Positions 28,530-37,556 of a DNA stretch of 64,000 nt are shown in pieces (within the stretch, counting starts at the first letter, position 1; each line of letters opens with the position of its first letter). The notes beneath the pieces were generated by a model. The model was not told the origin of the DNA. It saw nothing but the letters and a program-made list of their open reading frames with translations, and did no database searches. This DNA is from Nitrospirota bacterium (GTDB lineage: Bacteria > Nitrospirota > Nitrospiria > 2-01-FULL-66-17): positions 256,001 to 320,000 of the forward strand of contig JBMOMC010000001.1 in NCBI GenBank assembly GCA_049325335.1. Direction: 5' to 3'. Both the position numbers and the translations under genes were made by a program.

Positions 28530-29038
28530 CGCGCTTGTACGTGCAATGGCTGGTCCTCTCGCTGGCCGCGGCCCTGGTGGCGGTCGCGGCATCGCGGTAT
28601 TACACCCGCCATTTGCTCACCATCCCTCCGGAGGCCGTGGCAAGCGGCGCCGCGGGAGCGGACCTGGTGCGCGTGCAAGGACTGGTCGAAGGCGGGACCC
28701 TAACCGGCGATCCCGCGTCCGGTCACGCCGCATTTCGGCTCGGGGGCGATCACGACGCCCTGCAGGTTGAATACAACGGGCCGCCGCCCGAGAACCTCCG
28801 CGAGTTGAAAACCTTGGTGGTGATCGGCCGGTGGGACCAGGAGCGCCGCGTGTTCTCGGCTCACGATCTGGGATTGATCCCCAACTACGGCTTCGTGGTC
28901 AGCGCGTACCTGATCGCCCTGATCCCCCTCGCGTTGTTTATCTTCTTCATGGAACGACGCGTGCGGCTGTTGTATCGAGAAATCAAGGACGCCAAAATGT
29001 ATGAACCGGAGCCGACTGCTCATGTGGACGCGCGGTAA
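28526..29038 (+). CDS. CcmE-like OB-fold domain lacking the heme-binding His, fused to a C-terminal CcmD-like TM segment
   Basis: GTG start overlaps the ccmC stop. VRVQGLVEGGT, VEYNGPPPENLRE, VVIGRW and FSAHDL parallel CcmE; tail NYGFVVSAYLIALIPLALFIFFMERRVRLL resembles CcmD. Confidence 0.75.
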   Translation: MTRLYVQWLVLSLAAALVAVAASRYYTRHLLTIPPEAVASGAAGADLVRVQGLVEGGTLTGDPASGHAAFRLGGDHDALQVEYNGPPPENLRELKTLVVIGRWDQERRVFSAHDLGLIPNYGFVVSAYLIALIPLALFIFFMERRVRLLYREIKDAKMYEPEPTAHVDAR

Positions 29039-29477
29039 ACAAATCGGCATCATTGTCAGCCTCCTGCTCGTGGCGGCTTCTCTGGGGTATCTCGCCTTGG
29101 GCAACTTCGGCGAGAACTTGGTGTATTTCTTCACGCCGTCCGAGGTCTCGGGATTCACGCCCGATCATTACAACAAGAAAGTCCGCGTGGGCGGCATGGT
29201 GGTCAAGGGCAGCGTGAAGTCCACGCCGCAGCCGGTGGGCATGACGTTCGATCTGACTGACGGAGCCTCCACGATCCCGGTCACGTTCGAAGGTATTCCG
29301 CCCGACCTGTTTAAAGAAGGCCAGGGCGCAGTCGTGGAAGGCGTGTGGACGCCGAGCAAGGAGTTTCACTCCACTATGATCATGGCCAAACACTCCGAAG
29401 ACTACATGCCGATCGAGCTTAAACGCACGGGCGTCGAGCTCCCCAAGAAGGACTTTCTCAAAACCTTGAGTCAGTAA
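29022..29477 (+). CDS. ccmE: Heme chaperone CcmE
   Basis: NLVYFFTPSE, VRVGGMVVKGS, GIPPDLFKEGQGAVVEG, AKHSEDYMP (HxxxY). Confidence 0.96.
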   Translation: MWTRGKQIGIIVSLLLVAASLGYLALGNFGENLVYFFTPSEVSGFTPDHYNKKVRVGGMVVKGSVKSTPQPVGMTFDLTDGASTIPVTFEGIPPDLFKEGQGAVVEGVWTPSKEFHSTMIMAKHSEDYMPIELKRTGVELPKKDFLKTLSQ

Positions 29478-29527
29478 CACACCCGACCGGACGCCCTTAT
29501 GCGCGCCTTTCACAGACATCCCGTCCC

Positions 29528-31477
29528 GTGATCATTGAACTGGGACATATCGCCGTCATCACCGCGTTGGTGCTCTCCGTGTTCGGGGTGGTCGCGCCCA
29601 TTATCGGGCTGCGCACCAAAAACCCCGACTGGCTCCGATCCGCGCGCCAAGCCGTCACCTTGGTCTTCGTCTTGCTCGCGCTCGGCATTGCCGCCCTGGA
29701 ATATGGGTACCTCACGCGAGACTTCTCTGTCGCCTACATCGCGGCCACGTCCAACTCCAAATTGCCGATCTTCTATACCGTGGCGGCGCTGTGGGGCGGA
29801 CACGAAGGCTCATTGCTGCTCTGGGTGTTCATCTTGTCCGCCTTCAGCACCGTGGCGGTGTGGCTGCACTGGCGCACCCAACCCGCGATCATGCCGTATC
29901 TTATGGCCGTGGAATCCGCGGTCACGTTTGGGTTCTTGATGCTGATCGTGTTCCTGTCCAACCCCTTCGAGCGCATTTTCCCAACGCCCCTGGACGGCAA
30001 AGACCTCAATCCCCTGTTGCAGGACCCGGCCATGACCATGCACCCGCCCATGCTTTACATGGGGTACGTGGGCTTCTCGATTCCCTTTGCCTTCGCGATG
30101 GCCGCGCTGTTCTCCGGTCGTCTGGGCGAAGAATGGATCAAGGTCACGCAGCGCTGGACCATCTTCGCGTGGCTCTGCCTGACGGTCGGGATCATGATGG
30201 GCGGGTACTGGGCCTACTACGAGTTGGGGTGGGGCGGGTACTGGGGGTGGGACCCGGTGGAGAACGCGTCGTTTATGCCGTGGCTGGTCGGCACCGCGTT
30301 TCTGCACTCGGTGATGGTGCAGGAAAAACGCAAGATGTTCAAAGTGTGGAACCTCTTTCTGATCATCCTGACGTTCTCCCTGTCCCTGATCGGCACGTTC
30401 CTGGTGCGCTCCGGCGTGCTGACCTCGGTGCACACGTTCGCGACCGACCCCGAACGCGGCGTGTTTATCTTGCTCTTTCTCGGGGTGGTGATGGGCACAG
30501 CGTTCGGGACGTTGATCGTGCGCGCGCCGAAACTCAAAAGCCGGATCGAACTCGATTCGGTCGTGTCGCGCGAATCCGTGTTCCTGTTCAATAACCTGTT
30601 CTTTCTGGTGGCCGCGGCCACCGTGTTTCTGGGCACCCTGTATCCGCTGATGATCGAAACCTGGAAGGGCTCCAAAGTCACGGTGGGCCCGCCCTACTAC
30701 AACGCGGTGTTCATGCCTATCGCGCTGGGCCTGTTGTTCCTCATGGGCGTGGGGCCTTACATTGCGTGGCGCAAAGCCTCGATTGACAACTTGAAGAAAA
30801 ATTTTCTGGCGCCGCTGCTCGTCGCGGCTGTGGCCACGCTTTCGGCATTCGGTTTGGGATTTCGCGGCCCGTTTCCCCTTTCCGGGGCCTTTGTCGTCGG
30901 ATTCGTCGCCACTGCGATCGCGGTGGATGTGGGCAAGGTGTCGGCGTTTTTCGCGCGACGCGACCATGTCGACTACCTCCGCGGGTTTTTTCGCGCGTTT
31001 CGGAACAATCAGCGACGATACGCCGGCACCGTGACCCATTTCGGCGTGTTGATCACGGTGGTCGGCATCATCGCGTCGACCGTGTATCAAACCGAAAAGG
31101 TGGTGTCGGTCACGGTCGGAGATGAATTCGTCTTGGGTGAGTACCGGGTGCGGCTCGCGCAGATCCACGACGTGCGGGGCCCCAACTGGACCGCGCGCGA
31201 AGGACGCTTCGAGTTATACCGAGACGCTCAACTGATCACGGAGCTCACGCCGCAAAAACGCGTGTACGACGCGACGCAAACGCCTACCACCGAGTCCGCG
31301 ATTTTCGCCATCAACATGGGCCACGTGTTTCTCACTATGCCGGAGGTCACGCCCGACGGCGTCGCGACGGCGCGCGGAGTGATCAACCCGCTGATCCTCT
31401 GGGTGTGGGGCGGCGGCGGCATCATGGGCGTGGGCGTCATATTGAACATGTTCCGTCCTCGCAAACGCGACGAATGA
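29528..31477 (+). CDS. ccmF: Heme lyase CcmF
   Basis: WGGHEGSLLLW, LNPLLQDP..HPPMLYMGYVG, WAYYELGWGGYWGWDPVEN, RSGVLTSVHTF. Confidence 0.97.
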   Translation: MIIELGHIAVITALVLSVFGVVAPIIGLRTKNPDWLRSARQAVTLVFVLLALGIAALEYGYLTRDFSVAYIAATSNSKLPIFYTVAALWGGHEGSLLLWVFILSAFSTVAVWLHWRTQPAIMPYLMAVESAVTFGFLMLIVFLSNPFERIFPTPLDGKDLNPLLQDPAMTMHPPMLYMGYVGFSIPFAFAMAALFSGRLGEEWIKVTQRWTIFAWLCLTVGIMMGGYWAYYELGWGGYWGWDPVENASFMPWLVGTAFLHSVMVQEKRKMFKVWNLFLIILTFSLSLIGTFLVRSGVLTSVHTFATDPERGVFILLFLGVVMGTAFGTLIVRAPKLKSRIELDSVVSRESVFLFNNLFFLVAAATVFLGTLYPLMIETWKGSKVTVGPPYYNAVFMPIALGLLFLMGVGPYIAWRKASIDNLKKNFLAPLLVAAVATLSAFGLGFRGPFPLSGAFVVGFVATAIAVDVGKVSAFFARRDHVDYLRGFFRAFRNNQRRYAGTVTHFGVLITVVGIIASTVYQTEKVVSVTVGDEFVLGEYRVRLAQIHDVRGPNWTAREGRFELYRDAQLITELTPQKRVYDATQTPTTESAIFAINMGHVFLTMPEVTPDGVATARGVINPLILWVWGGGGIMGVGVILNMFRPRKRDE

Positions 31478-32031
31478 CGCGCGTATGGCAAATCGCGTTG
31501 GTCGCGGGCCTGCTGGGCCTCTTTGTCCTGTTTTACCAGGGGCTGTGGGGCAATCCGCGCTACATCCCCACGGTGCTGATCGGCACCCCGGCGCCGACGT
31601 TCTCCGCGCCCGTGCTCGGAACCGGCGAGACGCTTTCGCTCGATCAGTTCAAGGGCAAGGTGGTGCTACTGAACTTCTGGGCGTCGTGGTGCCAGGAGTG
31701 CCGGTTGGAGCACACGAACTTGCTGGCGCTCAACGACCAATTCCGTCACGACCCCAACTTCGTGATGTTGGGCATCAACTACCAAGATAAGGAACACGAC
31801 GCGCTGGACTACATCAAAACGTTCGGCACGAACTTCGCGCACGTGCGGGACGCCAAAAACACCCTGTCGTTCGATTACGGCGTGTACGGCGTCCCTGAAA
31901 CGTTCGTGATCGACCAACAGGGCGTGATTCGTTGCAAAACCATCGGACCGATTATCGGCCCGGTCTACGCCAACTACACCCAGCGGGTGCTGCCCACGCT
32001 GTTGAAGGGCTCCACGGAGGCGGCATGTTGA
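31474..32031 (+). CDS. ccmG: Thiol:disulfide interchange protein CcmG/DsbE
   Basis: LLNFWASWCQECRLEH and YGVYGVPETFVID; ATGA overlap with ccmF. Confidence 0.92.
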   Translation: MTRVWQIALVAGLLGLFVLFYQGLWGNPRYIPTVLIGTPAPTFSAPVLGTGETLSLDQFKGKVVLLNFWASWCQECRLEHTNLLALNDQFRHDPNFVMLGINYQDKEHDALDYIKTFGTNFAHVRDAKNTLSFDYGVYGVPETFVIDQQGVIRCKTIGPIIGPVYANYTQRVLPTLLKGSTEAAC

Positions 32032-32492
32032 CCGCGCACCGACTGGCCTGGCTATTCGTCTGCGCCTTGGCGGTTGCGTCCGCGGCACATGCGGCGACCG
32101 TGGACGAGTCGGACCTCGACACCCGCACGCGCGAAGTGGCCAAGACCCTGCGTTGCACCGTGTGCCAGACGGAAAACGTGTGGGAGTCGGGCTCGCCATT
32201 CGCGGAACAAGTACGCGAGAACGTTCGCGAACGCCTCCGGCAAGGGCAATCACCCGAGGAGATCCGCGCGTATTTTCTGAGCCGCTACGGCGACTACATT
32301 TTAATGCAACCTCCGACGCGCGGGGTTAATTGGATCGTGTGGATCGGCCCGTTCGCGCTCTTGGGCGTGGGTGCCCTCCTGCTCTACCGGTCCTTGTCCC
32401 GCTGGGTCACGCCTACCACCGCCGCAACGCCTCCGGTCGAACCGCTCGACGCCGCGTCCCGCTCGCGCATCGAACGCGAGCTGCGTTCGTGA
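32025..32492 (+). CDS. ccmH: Cytochrome c biogenesis protein CcmH
   Basis: LRCTVCQ and YFLSRYGDYILMQPP; GGAGG RBS. Confidence 0.93.
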   Translation: MLTAHRLAWLFVCALAVASAAHAATVDESDLDTRTREVAKTLRCTVCQTENVWESGSPFAEQVRENVRERLRQGQSPEEIRAYFLSRYGDYILMQPPTRGVNWIVWIGPFALLGVGALLLYRSLSRWVTPTTAATPPVEPLDAASRSRIERELRS

Positions 32493-32515
32493 TCCGACCC
32501 CGGTTCCCGTTCTAA

Positions 32516-33436
32516 ATGGTCCTTGTCGCGGTCGGGTTGTTGCTCCTTGCCGTGGGCGTTACGTTGGCCGTCCCCTGGTGGCTCCGCGATCCCGAACCCA
32601 TTCCGGTCGGATACGCGGCGGACCAGGACCAAGAACAGATTGATTTGGTCATCGAACGCGAATCCCTGGTGCGTTCGCTCAAAGAATTGGAAATCGAACA
32701 CGGCCAAGGTCGGCTCATGGACACAGACTATGCGCGACTGAAAGCCACCGACGAGCGGCGGTTGCTGCAGGTCCTGGATCGCATCGAAGCCCTCGCCGTC
32801 ACGGCGCCGGGCGGACCCGCAATCGCCGCGTCCGCCCCGGGATCAACAACATCCCGTCGCTGGCTTGCCGCGCTTGGGTCCGTGGTCCTCGTCCTGGTCG
32901 CTGCATCGAGCATTTACGCCTATATCCAATGGAAACAGGCCCGCGTATGGGACGCGGTCAGCGCCCAGGCCGGCCCCACCGGTATGCCTGATCCGCGCCA
33001 AATGGTCGCCCGCCTGGAAGAACGGCTTCGCGCCAACCCCAACGACCTGGAAGGCCAGATCATGGCCGGTCGGTCCTATATGGCGCTCGAGCGATTGCCG
33101 GACGCGCAACACGCCTGGACCAAGGTGATCGAACTGGACCCACGCAACCACGAAGCCCACTACAACCTCGGCGTGGTCATGATCAACACCAGGAAATTCG
33201 ACGACCCGGAACTCTTCAAGACCGCGTTGGGCCATTTTGACCGCGCATTGGTTAACGTGCCCATGGAACCCGCGGTCAACTGGTACCGAGGGTTGGCTCT
33301 GTGGTATCTGAAACGGTACCGGGAAACCGAAGACGCCTGGAGCACGGCCGCGCAAAACCTGCCGCCAGGCAGCGAAGACGCCGAATTCGTCAAATCCGCG
33401 TTGGTGAAACTGCGCGCCGGACAAGTCCCATTCTGA
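32516..33436 (+). CDS. ccmI: CcmI/CycH-like TPR protein
   Basis: N-terminal TM; LKELEIEHGQGRL; second TM; LEERLRANPNDLEG followed by TPRs. Confidence 0.8.
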   Translation: MVLVAVGLLLLAVGVTLAVPWWLRDPEPIPVGYAADQDQEQIDLVIERESLVRSLKELEIEHGQGRLMDTDYARLKATDERRLLQVLDRIEALAVTAPGGPAIAASAPGSTTSRRWLAALGSVVLVLVAASSIYAYIQWKQARVWDAVSAQAGPTGMPDPRQMVARLEERLRANPNDLEGQIMAGRSYMALERLPDAQHAWTKVIELDPRNHEAHYNLGVVMINTRKFDDPELFKTALGHFDRALVNVPMEPAVNWYRGLALWYLKRYRETEDAWSTAAQNLPPGSEDAEFVKSALVKLRAGQVPF

Positions 33437-33560
33437 CCCAATAGCCTCCCCTGTGCGGACCGGCTTGACTTTGACGGAGCCGGCTTTCTATCATCACCAG
33501 GCTCCCCCCGTATCGAGGTCTCGGTTCGAGATAGTCCCTATACCGTAAGGAGGGCATCCC

Positions 33561-33932
33561 ATGCCGGAACGCATCAAGAGTCGTCGCGGGTTCGCCGCGA
33601 TGGATCCTGAAAAGCAGCGTCTCATTGCCAGCCGGGGCGGGAAGGCCGCGCATGAAAAAGGCACGGCGCACGAGTTTACGCCCGAGGAAGCGCGCATCGC
33701 CGGGCGCAAGGGCGGGGAAATCGCGCACCAGCGCGGCACCGCGCACGAATTCACCTCCGAGGAAGCGCGCATCGCCGGGCGCAAGGGCGGGGAAACCGCG
33801 CACCGCCGCGGCACCGCGCACGAATTTACCTCCGAGGAAGCCCGTCTCGCGGGCCGCAAAGGCGGCAAATCCCGTCGCGCGGCCGCACGGGCCCACGCGT
33901 CGCGGGAACCCCAGGACGGGCACATCGTCTAG
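33561..33932 (+). CDS. KGG-repeat general stress protein (YciG/GsiB-like)
   Basis: RGFAAMDPEKQRLIASRGGKAAH plus GTAHEFTxEEARxAGRKGG x3; AAGGAGG RBS. Confidence 0.9.
   Translation: MPERIKSRRGFAAMDPEKQRLIASRGGKAAHEKGTAHEFTPEEARIAGRKGGEIAHQRGTAHEFTSEEARIAGRKGGETAHRRGTAHEFTSEEARLAGRKGGKSRRAAARAHASREPQDGHIV
33660..33866 (+). repeat. Intragenic 75-bp tandem repeat (about 2.8 copies)
   Basis: GGCAC(G/C)GCGCACGA units start at 33660, 33735 and 33810. Confidence 0.9.
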
Positions 33933-34030
33933 TTGCGCAGCGTCCGCTGGGTCGCGGCGACACAGACGCCGCTCCAACTGGCTTTACAGTATCCGCCGCC
34001 TTGATAGACTCGGTCTGCGTCTGCAGACCG

Positions 34031-36301
34031 ATGGCACGACACATCTGGATATACGAACGCGTCGCGGGCCTCCTGATCGCCGCCCTGGTCGCCGCCATAT
34101 ACGTGGCCGGGGGATTCGAGCGCCCGGAGCTGATGACGTACGATTGGCGGCTGCGCGCGTTTCCGGGGACACCGCGAAGCGACATCGTGATCGTCGGCAT
34201 CGACAGCCCAAGCCTCAAAGCTCTCGACACCTGGCCGTGGCCGCGGTCCGTGTACGCGGCGCTTGTCGACCGGCTCACGCAAGCCAACGCCCGCGTCATC
34301 GCATTCGACGTGGATTTCAGCACGCCGCGTGATCCGGACGCGGACCAACTCTTCGCACGCGCGGTCGATCGGTCCCAGCGCGTAGTGCTCGCGGCTTTTG
34401 ACGACCACCGCACGCTGGAGGGTGGCGCCGTCGTCGAGTATGCGAGCCTGCCGTATCCCGCGTTGCTCAACGCGGCTGGCGCCATCGGCTCCATTAATTT
34501 CCCGATCGACGCCGACGGCGCGATCCGCCGCGCCCCGATCGCGACGCCTATGCTGGGCGCCGAGGGCTGGAGCTTCTCGGTCCAGACCACGCGCGCCTAT
34601 CTCAACGCGATCGGAACGCCGGTTCGGCGAACGGTCGACGGGGCGTTGGAACTCGGGGACCACCGGGCCAACGTCGGAGAGACGAATGAATTCTTCGTCC
34701 GCTTCACGGGAGGGCCTTGGACGGTTCCCGTCGTGTCATTCGTCGACGTGCTCAACGGCACGGTCCCCGCGTCGCGGTTTTCCGACAAGATCGTCTTGGT
34801 GGGCGCCACGTCGCTCGACTTACAGGATTTCCGCATCACGCCATTTCACGGCGCAATGGCGGGCGTCGAAATCCAGGCTAACGCGATCGCCACCATCTTA
34901 TCGGGCAGGAGCCAACACCGACTGCCGTTGGTCGCGGTGCTCGGTTGGATGCTGGCGATCCTGTTGTGGTGGACGCTCCTGCTCTTGGCGCTTCGCGTGT
35001 GGCGATGGCTTGAGGTCACACGCCGCGCGCTGATCATTTGCCTGGCCGGATCGTTCACGTTGGCGCTGATTGTGGGGTCGGTGATTGTCGCCTATCACTG
35101 GCTCCTCGTCGTCGACGTAGCGCCGTTAATGGCCACCGCCGTCGGCCAGATGGTCACGTCGTTGATCGCTGGCTACGTGTTCGCGGAACGTCGCCTGGAG
35201 TTCCAACGCGAAAATATTGAAGCGCTGTATCGGATGGGCGACGAGACCCGTGAACGCGCCTCCCTCGATCGCCTCACCGATTTGCTGTTCGCACAGGCCC
35301 GCCACCTGCTCGGGGTGGATCGACTGGCGCTGGAATTGTGGACCGCGGACGATGCGCTGACGCGGGAATGGCGGTCGCGTCCGGACGAAGGCGACGTTCC
35401 CCCAATCTCAGCACGCGTATACCAAGAACTCGTCGTTCGGGTCCGCTCCACCGGCATGCCCGTCACCGCAACGAACTTGGAGCGACACGGCCACACATCC
35501 AAGCGAATACGTCCTCTAGGCGCCAGCTTGTTCGTGCCCTTTGTCGCCCACAATCGCGTCATCGGCATCCTCCAGGTGCACCGTGAACGCGCGCTCCCCT
35601 TCCACGAGGGTGAGGCCAGGACCCTGCTCACCTTGGCAACCCAAGCCGCACTGAACATTGAAAATGGCCGCCTCCTCGACGACGTCCGCACCCTGTTCCA
35701 GCGGAGTTTAGAGGCGTTTTCCACGGCGCTCGACTTCAAAGACAACGACACCGGAGGCCATTCCCAGCGCGTATCGCTCTACGCCAGAGAAATTGCATCG
35801 CGGATGGGCATCGACGGACCAGAGCTGGACGCGATCACGCAAGGCGCATTGCTACACGACATCGGAAAGATCGGGGTCCCCGACCGCATTCTGCTGAAAC
35901 CCGGCAAGCTGACCGACGAGGAATGGGTGGCGATGCGCGAACACCCCGAAACAGGTTATCGGATGCTCAAAACGATCCAGATTCCCGACCCCATCGCCAT
36001 CATCGTGCGACAGCACCACGAACGATTCGACGGGACGGGTTACCCGGGACGACTCAAGGGCACATCCATCGACATCGGCGCTAGAATCTTTACCCTCGTG
36101 GACTACTACGATGCGCTAACCAACGACCGCCCATATCGAAAAGCTCAACCGATCGATCTCGTCATGGCCGATATTCGACATCTCACCGGAAGTCATTTTG
36201 ATCCTCACGTTGTCGACACCTTTTTTGCCATTCCGGATGACATGCTCGGTGGCCTACGTGCTCAAGTCGAACAGACCCTTATTGAGAGGCGAGCGGCGTA
36301 A
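34031..36301 (+). CDS. CHASE2 - TM - GAF - HD-GYP cyclic di-GMP phosphodiesterase
   Basis: CHASE2 motifs IVIVGID, WPWPRSVYA, IAFDVDF, DADGAIRR, KIVLVGAT, MAGVEIQANAI; 3 TM helices; GAF; HSQRV, LLHDIGK, HHERFDGTGYP, DRPY. Confidence 0.92.
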   Translation: MARHIWIYERVAGLLIAALVAAIYVAGGFERPELMTYDWRLRAFPGTPRSDIVIVGIDSPSLKALDTWPWPRSVYAALVDRLTQANARVIAFDVDFSTPRDPDADQLFARAVDRSQRVVLAAFDDHRTLEGGAVVEYASLPYPALLNAAGAIGSINFPIDADGAIRRAPIATPMLGAEGWSFSVQTTRAYLNAIGTPVRRTVDGALELGDHRANVGETNEFFVRFTGGPWTVPVVSFVDVLNGTVPASRFSDKIVLVGATSLDLQDFRITPFHGAMAGVEIQANAIATILSGRSQHRLPLVAVLGWMLAILLWWTLLLLALRVWRWLEVTRRALIICLAGSFTLALIVGSVIVAYHWLLVVDVAPLMATAVGQMVTSLIAGYVFAERRLEFQRENIEALYRMGDETRERASLDRLTDLLFAQARHLLGVDRLALELWTADDALTREWRSRPDEGDVPPISARVYQELVVRVRSTGMPVTATNLERHGHTSKRIRPLGASLFVPFVAHNRVIGILQVHRERALPFHEGEARTLLTLATQAALNIENGRLLDDVRTLFQRSLEAFSTALDFKDNDTGGHSQRVSLYAREIASRMGIDGPELDAITQGALLHDIGKIGVPDRILLKPGKLTDEEWVAMREHPETGYRMLKTIQIPDPIAIIVRQHHERFDGTGYPGRLKGTSIDIGARIFTLVDYYDALTNDRPYRKAQPIDLVMADIRHLTGSHFDPHVVDTFFAIPDDMLGGLRAQVEQTLIERRAA

Positions 36302-36441
36302 CGCGTTATGTCACGGGTTACACACGACGGCAACTCATTACACAGGTTCGTGTCCGTTCACGGACATTCGTCGGCTCGGCCAGTTTTGTGCGCGAAATAT
36401 TTCGAGATCCGTCGTGGTCGGCCTCTCAGGAGGTACTCGCC

Positions 36442-37530
36442 ATGAACGCACAGCAATTGCCACTCCGCAGGGTGATGGGTATTTTGCTGGGGATACTCGT
36501 CCTGTCGGTCTCGGTCGGGACCGCGCAGGCCGGGTCTTCACATGCCCGCATCATCAGGGCAACGGGAACGGTTGAGGTCTCGAACGTGCCATCCGGGCAG
36601 TGGGTCACCGCATCGTCGCAAACGGTTCTTCCACCGGGATCATCGCTCCGAACCGGTTCCAAATCCACCGTGGTCCTCGAACTTGATGGCGCCACGGTCA
36701 CCCTCTACGAGACATCACTAATTCGCATCCCCACCCAGGCAGTCCCGGCGTCCACCGCGACGAGTCCACTGCGCCATCCGTGGCTCGACTCGGGGCGCGG
36801 CCTGTTCGACGTGACGCCGCGTCAAGATCGGTTACCCTTCTCCGTACACACTCCGACGATTGTCGCCGGCGTGAAGGGAACGGTATTTGAAGTGTCATCG
36901 ACCGGAACGGAGGAAGCGGTGTACGTGTGGGACGGACTCGTGGAAGTCACCTCCCGATTGGACGCGTCCGATCTTCAACTTGTGGGCGCCGGCCAATTCA
37001 CAGTCCTCGATGATCTGAAATTAACTCCCGCGAGTCCGATCCCAGCCGATCGGGCCCGGCCCGAGGAAGACGCCTTGAACCGACATCGAATGGAGACAGC
37101 CCTGAGTGTGAATACGACGACCGTTGATCTCATCACGCAATCTTGGCGCGACGCTGACCAGGCCGTCTTCAAGGACGCCCTAGACGGGGCGCTCGATTTT
37201 CAGACCGTCGTCTCGCTCGGGACGGTGCGAGTTTCAACAACGACATTGACGACCTCGACGGACGCAACCATCCAAACTATAAGTGGTGGCTCAAATACGT
37301 TGATGAATCCGCTGACCTCCGGCGTGTCGTCAGGCGTTGACGCAGTAGCCGCCACGGCACTTCCATCTGTCGACTCCGCGACGTCAACGGTGTCCTCATC
37401 CACGGGTATTCTTACGACGACTCTGTCACCGGTCACAGATACCCTGACAACCGCCCTGTCGCCAGTAGTTGATTCAACCACCGCGACAGTCTCTTCGGTC
37501 GTCACCCCGCTGACGACCCTCGGCTTCTGA
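36442..37530 (+). CDS. Secreted FecR-domain protein with Ser/Thr-rich C-terminal tail
   Basis: AGGAGG RBS; signal peptide (AQA); LRTGSKS, FSVHTPTIVAGVKGTVF, VYVWDGLVEV, VGAGQ. Confidence 0.85.
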   Translation: MNAQQLPLRRVMGILLGILVLSVSVGTAQAGSSHARIIRATGTVEVSNVPSGQWVTASSQTVLPPGSSLRTGSKSTVVLELDGATVTLYETSLIRIPTQAVPASTATSPLRHPWLDSGRGLFDVTPRQDRLPFSVHTPTIVAGVKGTVFEVSSTGTEEAVYVWDGLVEVTSRLDASDLQLVGAGQFTVLDDLKLTPASPIPADRARPEEDALNRHRMETALSVNTTTVDLITQSWRDADQAVFKDALDGALDFQTVVSLGTVRVSTTTLTTSTDATIQTISGGSNTLMNPLTSGVSSGVDAVAATALPSVDSATSTVSSSTGILTTTLSPVTDTLTTALSPVVDSTTATVSSVVTPLTTLGF

Positions 37531-37556
37531 GTATCTACCGGACAAGCCCGCGACGC

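Noticed and set aside
33660..33866. Regularly spaced repeats as a possible CRISPR array
   Set aside because: In-frame 75-bp coding repeats with no unique spacers and no cas genes.
34011..34030. Hairpin CGGTCTGC-GTCT-GCAGACCG before the HD-GYP ATG as a c-di-GMP riboswitch
   Set aside because: Too short and lacks recognisable GEMM motifs; at most an operator or translational hairpin.
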